Source: Lingula anatina
Taxonomy: Eukaryota > Animalia > Brachiopoda
Direction of reading: 5' to 3'
DNA: 64,000 nt
Assembly (NCBI GenBank): GCA_051362555.1
Contig: CM120646.1
Span: 2,108,001-2,172,000, forward strand
In this document: positions 1 through 64,000 of the stretch, in pieces
How positions within the stretch are numbered: position 1 is the first letter of the stretch
How the letters are laid out: every line of letters begins with the position of its first letter
The notes under the pieces: model-generated
The model's database searches: none
The model's input: only the letters and a program-made list of their open reading frames with translations
Told to the model about the DNA's origin: nothing
Program-made: the position numbers and the translations under genes

Positions 1-335
1 TTTATTGATTATAGGGCATTAGAGATGATGTTTTTACAAAGACTTTTGCTGGGAGCAAAAGATGTTGTTACTGTTATGCATCCACTGTAGATACTGTAAC
101 ATTAATCATAGTTTGAACAATAAAATAAGGCTTGAATCACGACGACTAGAATTCTTTTTACGAAAAGCAACAGTTTATCCTTTATTTTGATTTGGAATCA
201 TTTTGATGACAGTCTCCCAGGAGATAATTTGCTTTTCTTTCTTTAACTCATTTTAAGCTGAGAACATCGGACTTTTTGAACGCAAATATGTATATGTTGA
301 CATACCAACCATGGTTTTCTAGAAATCATACCTTA

Positions 336-425
<90 letters not shown>

Positions 426-677
426 CTAGAAACAAGTCAGCAAAACTGCCAAATGTACAGACAATAAACCATAAAATGAAGGACTGGCATACTATCCAAT
501 CAAAAAATTAAGAACTTACTTTGAGAAAGAGTCCATTCATTTTATTTAAAAACAAGGCAGCAAAGCTGTCAAATGTACAGACAAAAAGCAGGAAATAACA
601 AAAAAGGCTACTGTCAATTCTGATGCAAAAGTACATAATGTTAAACTGCAAATTCAACATCAAATTTTAATTATGCT

Positions 678-1245
678 CAACAGGTAAAATACATCTGTGT
701 CTGTACATAAAAACGGCATTTCTTTAAAATAATGGCCCGATTATGCTGATTTTTGAACTCAACCTGCGATTTTGCAGGAATGACCACTCCTGTGAGTTTA
801 ATGACAATTGGCCTATCTGTTTTTCTTATATTGTGTTTACAGTGTTGCATATATGCTGAAAAGTGAAAAAAAAGCATAACTACTTAAATAGTGGCCCGAT
901 CATGCCGATTTTTTAACTTGACCTGCATTATAGTAAGATCGATTACTCCTGTGAGTTTCATGACAACAGGCCCATCGGTTTTCCTTAAAATGTGTTTACA
1001 GTGTTGCATATATGCTGAAAAGTGAAAAAACAGCATAACTTCTACAATAATGGCCCGATCATGCTGATTTTTGAACTTGACCTGCATTTAATGAATATTC
1101 ATCAGCTCTGTAAATAAACAGCCAAAAAGTAAAACTGCCTTCCACTTATCATGTTTATAATGAAAGTGCACGGTGTCGGCGCTGGCGACGACGGCGACGA
1201 CAGACACAGGTGATGGCAATATGTACAGACACATCTGTACATATT
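678..1245 (+). mobile_element. Non-autonomous Helentron-like (HINE/pearl-type) element with an internal 159-bp tandem array, copy 1
   Basis: 5' subterminal ACATCTGTGTCTGTACAT; tandem units with TGGCCCGA at 733, 892 and 1051 (159-bp period); GAC/GGC microsatellite; 3' end GTGATGGCAATATGTACAGACACATCTGTAC (partly deleted hairpin). Sits in a BACE intron. Confidence 0.65.
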
Positions 1246-1889
1246 TACTGTACTGTTTGAGAACAGTAAGTGACATGGTTTTTCTTAAATGGTCATCATG
1301 GGAGCAGTGCCCAAAATAGTTTTTTTTTCAAATTTTGATGCAATATTACATAATGTTTAACAGCATAATGATCATCAATTTTTAATAATAAAATATTAGT
1401 ATCATGGATATTCAGAAAATGTGACTAGCAAAGGTCTTCAGGCCCATGGAACTTCCAAGTCACAACTTGAAAATGCCAGAATGTAAACAAGACAGCACTG
1501 TTCTGAAATGTTTTTTCTTTTTCGTTTTTAACAATTTTTTAAACATAAAACAAAATTAACAGGTTACTGCCATTTTTATACGGTCAACTAAGAAAATTGA
1601 TGAGATGGGAAAAATATCAATACAACAGTGTTAAATGTCCAATTTCCTCCATTCTGAGATTCTGAACATAGTGAATGATTGAATCTGACAAACTGCAATG
1701 ATATGAGTTTATTTCCATTTTTGACACTTTATTACACAATACACGATAACAAGTTTACCATCATTTTTACATAATCAAATAATAATAATGTTGTAAAGAT
1801 GCAGGAAATGTCAACCAATCACTTTTACATGTCTTATTAGTAAAATAATGAGACTGTTAACATGCCTAAGAATTGAATCTGAGGAAATG

Positions 1890-2216
1890 TGATTACTCCT
1901 GTGAGTTTCATGACAACAGGCCTAATGGTTTTCCTTAAAATGTGTTTACAGAGTTGCATATATGCTGAAAAGTGAAAAAACAGCATAACTTCCACAATAA
2001 TGGCCCGATCATGCTGATTTTCGAACTTGACCTGCGTTTTCTGAATATTCATCAGCTCTGTAAATAAAAAGCCAAAAGGTAAAACTGCCCTCCACTTATC
2101 GTGTTTACAAGGAAAGTGCACGGCGCCGGCGCCCGCGACGGCATCGGCATCGGCGACGACAGACGCAGGTGATGGCAATATGTACAGACACATCTGTGTC
2201 TGTACATAAAAAAAAA
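1890..2216 (+). mobile_element. Second, 5'-truncated copy of the same Helentron-like element
   Basis: Near-identical to ~940-1240. Ends in a perfect hairpin ATGTACAGACAC-atct-GTGTCTGTACAT followed by an A-tract. Confidence 0.7.
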
Positions 2217-2404
2217 GAGTCTGATATTGCCCATCTATTCAAATTACTGTATTAATCAACATTTCTAAGACATAAAATTTGAACTTAGATCAACACTGCC
2301 CTACAGGGAGGAAAAAGTTAATTCAAACATACTGAAATAGAAGAGATAGATATATAATTGATTAACAAGTGGAGGTTTGTAAGTGAGTAGAATACTGAAC
2401 TTAC

Positions 2405-3256
2405 TTGCTGTGGTGGGGACCCAATGCTGACCTCTATATAGTACCCCTGGCCAGGTTGACCGGCTAAGTTATGGTCACTTGTTGTTCTGCCCACTACATT
2501 GCTCTCCCTCACTGCTTCATTCACAAGATGTCTACTTTTCCACAACTGAAGTTTAAATCCTTGTCCTGAGCTGCTGTGTCTTTTAACCAAAGATGATTCA
2601 TCTTCAAATTCATTAGCTGGCTGAGAAATACTTGAGGAAATGTTTTCTGTGTGTACTAGCTTGATTTCATGCCATTTACTGTTAGCAGGTGAAATACTTT
2701 TCTTTGGTCTTTCAAGTTCTGTATCACCATGAAAATGTGAAATTTTGTCCTTCTTTGAGAAATACCTGCTGTCCGCGTTTGATTGAATGTCTTTAGATGA
2801 AGGTCTAGTTCTGTCTCCAATAGCTTCAAAGTGTTGTCTAAGTTGAGTTTTCATTAATGGACCATAGCTATTTTTATGCTTAAAATGAATTTGATGGCGA
2901 TTATGCTTCTGATTATATAAAAACAATGAAAGACCGTCATGATATTGCAGCACCTGTTCAGAATTGACGTCTAATTCTTTTCTGTCAACATCAGCACCTG
3001 TATGAGCCATTATAGTGGGTTTATGTATTTTTTGCCTGTCATGTGTACTAGTATGGCGATGAGCTGCTTGAAATGAGTCCTGGGTGAACATAGGATGTAG
3101 AGATTCTTTGAACTTCACTGACTTTGAATTTCTTAAAAGAACCTGCTCAGAGTTGGTATCTGTCAGTGCTACAACTACTGTGTATAGTAAACATAAATAC
3201 AAGCTCACAACATTTATCGTCCAGTGCCAGCGATCCATAGTGAATTTCAGTCCCAT
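2405..3256 (-). CDS. BACE1: BACE-type aspartyl protease, first coding exon (signal peptide, long propeptide, start of protease domain)
   Basis: Inside ORF 2318..3259; start ATG at 3256 or 3238. Hydrophobic signal-like VVSLYLCLLYTVVVA. Ends ...HNLAGQPGQGYYIEVSIGSPPQQ|GTaagt (compare BACE1 [23 protein letters not shown]) and joins exon 337-425 in phase 0. BACE1 versus BACE2 orthology is not resolvable here. Confidence 0.9.
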
Positions 3257-3898
3257 CAAAGTTGAACTTTTTTCATAAAATTATCACTTAATATTCCACA
3301 CTGAACTTCACATTATAAACAGTATAAAAATTTGTACAGTTAATTATTAACTTTCCTATGTACAAGTAGAACGGTGTCTGCTTTCTTCCTTTCTTTGCCT
3401 AGAGTGTCTCGTTGCGCCAGTTCTCAGATTAAGTCCCACAGCATTGCCTAAAACAAAACTACATATTGTACTTGTCTAATAAACTTGCCTACACACTCTA
3501 TGAATTACTTAGATCATGCTAATACTTCTGACACGTTTCTGCACAGAATGTAATAACTAAACTGATAAATTAATCATAAATTCATTCGTAATGTTTACAG
3601 TATGCTGAGCAATATGGTCAATATTTTAGTAGTAAGTTTATAGCTAAACGCTCACGTGAAGGGTGTACACAGAACTTAAGTCATGACTAAGAGCATTTGG
3701 AATAGACATTGACCTAGATGAGAATAACCCATTAAACCCGATATCAAACAGAATGTCGGGCAGTGATAACCATCTGCATTTCAGTGGCAACTTGACAATG
3801 TCGCCTTTCAGTGATCACGTTTAAGAAAAATCCCCTGACCACAGAATCAAAGATGTACATCTCACATCCATCTAAAACCCACATAATATTTAACTTAC

Positions 3899-4000
3899 AA
3901 ATACATCAAGCTATCGCGTTCTACGATAACAACTACGGATCACCTTTTATCAAATGACACCAGACTGCCGTCTCATCCTCTTTCATCTTTCGCTTGACAC
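3899..4000 (-). other. Putative non-coding first exon of the BACE gene
   Basis: Minus-strand donor GTaagt (plus acttac 3893-3898) and a downstream acceptor ttttgtttTAG at ~3448. The upstream boundary is approximate. Confidence 0.4.
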
Positions 4001-4290
4001 TACAAGGTTTAGGTCAAGGTCAAGGTTACACAGGTGCGCCGGAAAGACAAAAGAAAAATAAAATGAGAATTACTAATACCTAATTGGTATGATACCATCT
4101 CCATATTTTACTACATATATTGAGTGTGTATAAAGAAAATGGGTATTTTTGCTTTATAAATAAAAATAGAATGGATCTCTTTACAACGTGATCATGCAAA
4201 TTAGAAAAGGTAGCAACAAGACAACAATATGGCGGACGGAGGGAATGCTACTGAATTCAAACAAATCAAGTAAACAAAAAGGTGGTATAT
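3990..4290. promoter_or_regulatory. Putative bidirectional promoter between BACE and the dynein heavy chain gene
   Basis: Lies between two divergent genes. Contains AGGTCAAGGTCAAGGTTA nuclear-receptor-like repeats (4011-4028), ETS-like CCGGAA (4039-4044), RFX half-site GTAGCAAC (4210-4217), YY1-like ATGGCGG (4229-4235) and forkhead-like GTAAACAAA (4270-4278). Confidence 0.5.
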
Positions 4291-5037
4291 TCATGCGCTG
4301 TATTTATGGTGTTAGCGCTTAACCACACAAATAATTTTATTAAACCGGAGCTCACTAAACAGGTTTGTACTAAGGTTTTACAGTTCTTAGAGTGAAATTT
4401 ATAATGATGTTGGTCGTCTGCACTGTCGGTACTCTCTCCTGCAGAGCCAGCAGGTGTCTCCTGCTAACTCTCTCTCTCTCTCTGGAAATTCACTACCCGT
4501 GTATGATAAACTGCTGGGTAATATCAGCTTAAAATAACCTGGTGTAAAGTTAGGTTAAGTTAAGTATACTTTTCTATGTATTGAAAATTATCTTTCACAC
4601 GGGAGAAATTAGTTGTCTTATTGTTTTTAATACACCTGGGTATCATAAGTCGATATTGTAGCAGTAGCAACTGGTATTGTAATAGCATTTGTTGCCCCAG
4701 AAGAGAAAATGTGAGTTAAATAGACTGCTGGGAAACTTGTTTTATTTACTAGTATGTAAGTTTCATTTATGAAAAATATCTCTATGGTCTTTCTATCTGT
4801 GTACAGTAATTGCATGTACATACAGTAGCTCATTATTAATGTTAAACCAGTCAACCTGTGCATTTACCCTGTAAAAGTTGTGTGACATAGAAGATCATTG
4901 GGTGAAATATTGAAACTACTTTACTTTGGCCAAAGAAAATGGAGTACTTGATTTTTTTAAATACCATTTTACTAGCTTATAACATATTCTGAGAAATAAA
5001 AGATTGAATCTCATTTCAGTGATTGAAGCAATAAAAG

Positions 5038-63941
<58,904 letters not shown>

Positions 63942-64000
63942 GTAAGAGTTTTTATTCTTCTTGATAAGTTGATAAAGTAAATGTTACAAGGATTAGAGAT

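Noticed and set aside
731-1090. Possible CRISPR-like array
   Set aside because: Contiguous tandem monomers without unique spacers, in a eukaryotic context with no cas genes.
677-2234. Five similar minus-strand ORFs (e.g. MLFFHFSAYMQHCKH...)
   Set aside because: They are translations of the 159-bp repeat element in the BACE intron, with no splice or homology support.

Overview
AT-rich, intron-dense eukaryotic genomic DNA from an animal. The repeat style suggests a lophotrochozoan, probably a mollusc; this is inference. Two genes sit head-to-head around a ~0.3 kb promoter at ~3900-4280. (1) Minus strand: the 5' part of a beta-secretase (BACE)-type aspartyl protease, with coding exons 2405-3256 and 337-425, the DTGSSN catalytic motif and an unusually long propeptide. 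(2) Plus strand: almost all of a giant axonemal-type dynein heavy chain gene. I traced 96 GT-AG, phase-consistent coding exons by hand from ATG 5038 to 63941 (~16.25 kb, ~5,400 aa), plus 5 optional in-frame small exons; the 3' end lies beyond the window. The reading frame is intact and the tail, linker, six-AAA ring, stalk, MTBD and C-terminal domain are all recognisable. However, nearly every catalytic residue of the primary AAA1 ATPase site is substituted (Walker A Thr, Walker B DE->NK, sensor I, sensor II, AAA2 arginine finger), AAA4 has lost its P-loop, and roughly 900-1,000 aa of low-complexity insertions are present. It is therefore a candidate motor-dead 'pseudo-dynein' that keeps its microtubule-binding domain. 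Introns contain Helentron-like satellite-bearing elements, 5-bp-TSD MITEs, other MITE-like repeats, many microsatellites, recurrent degenerate tandem copies of splice junctions, candidate microexons and RFX X-box-like sites. Most short ORFs in the supplied track are exon fragments or microsatellite artefacts. Canonical motifs used for comparison are quoted from memory and need confirming by alignment.
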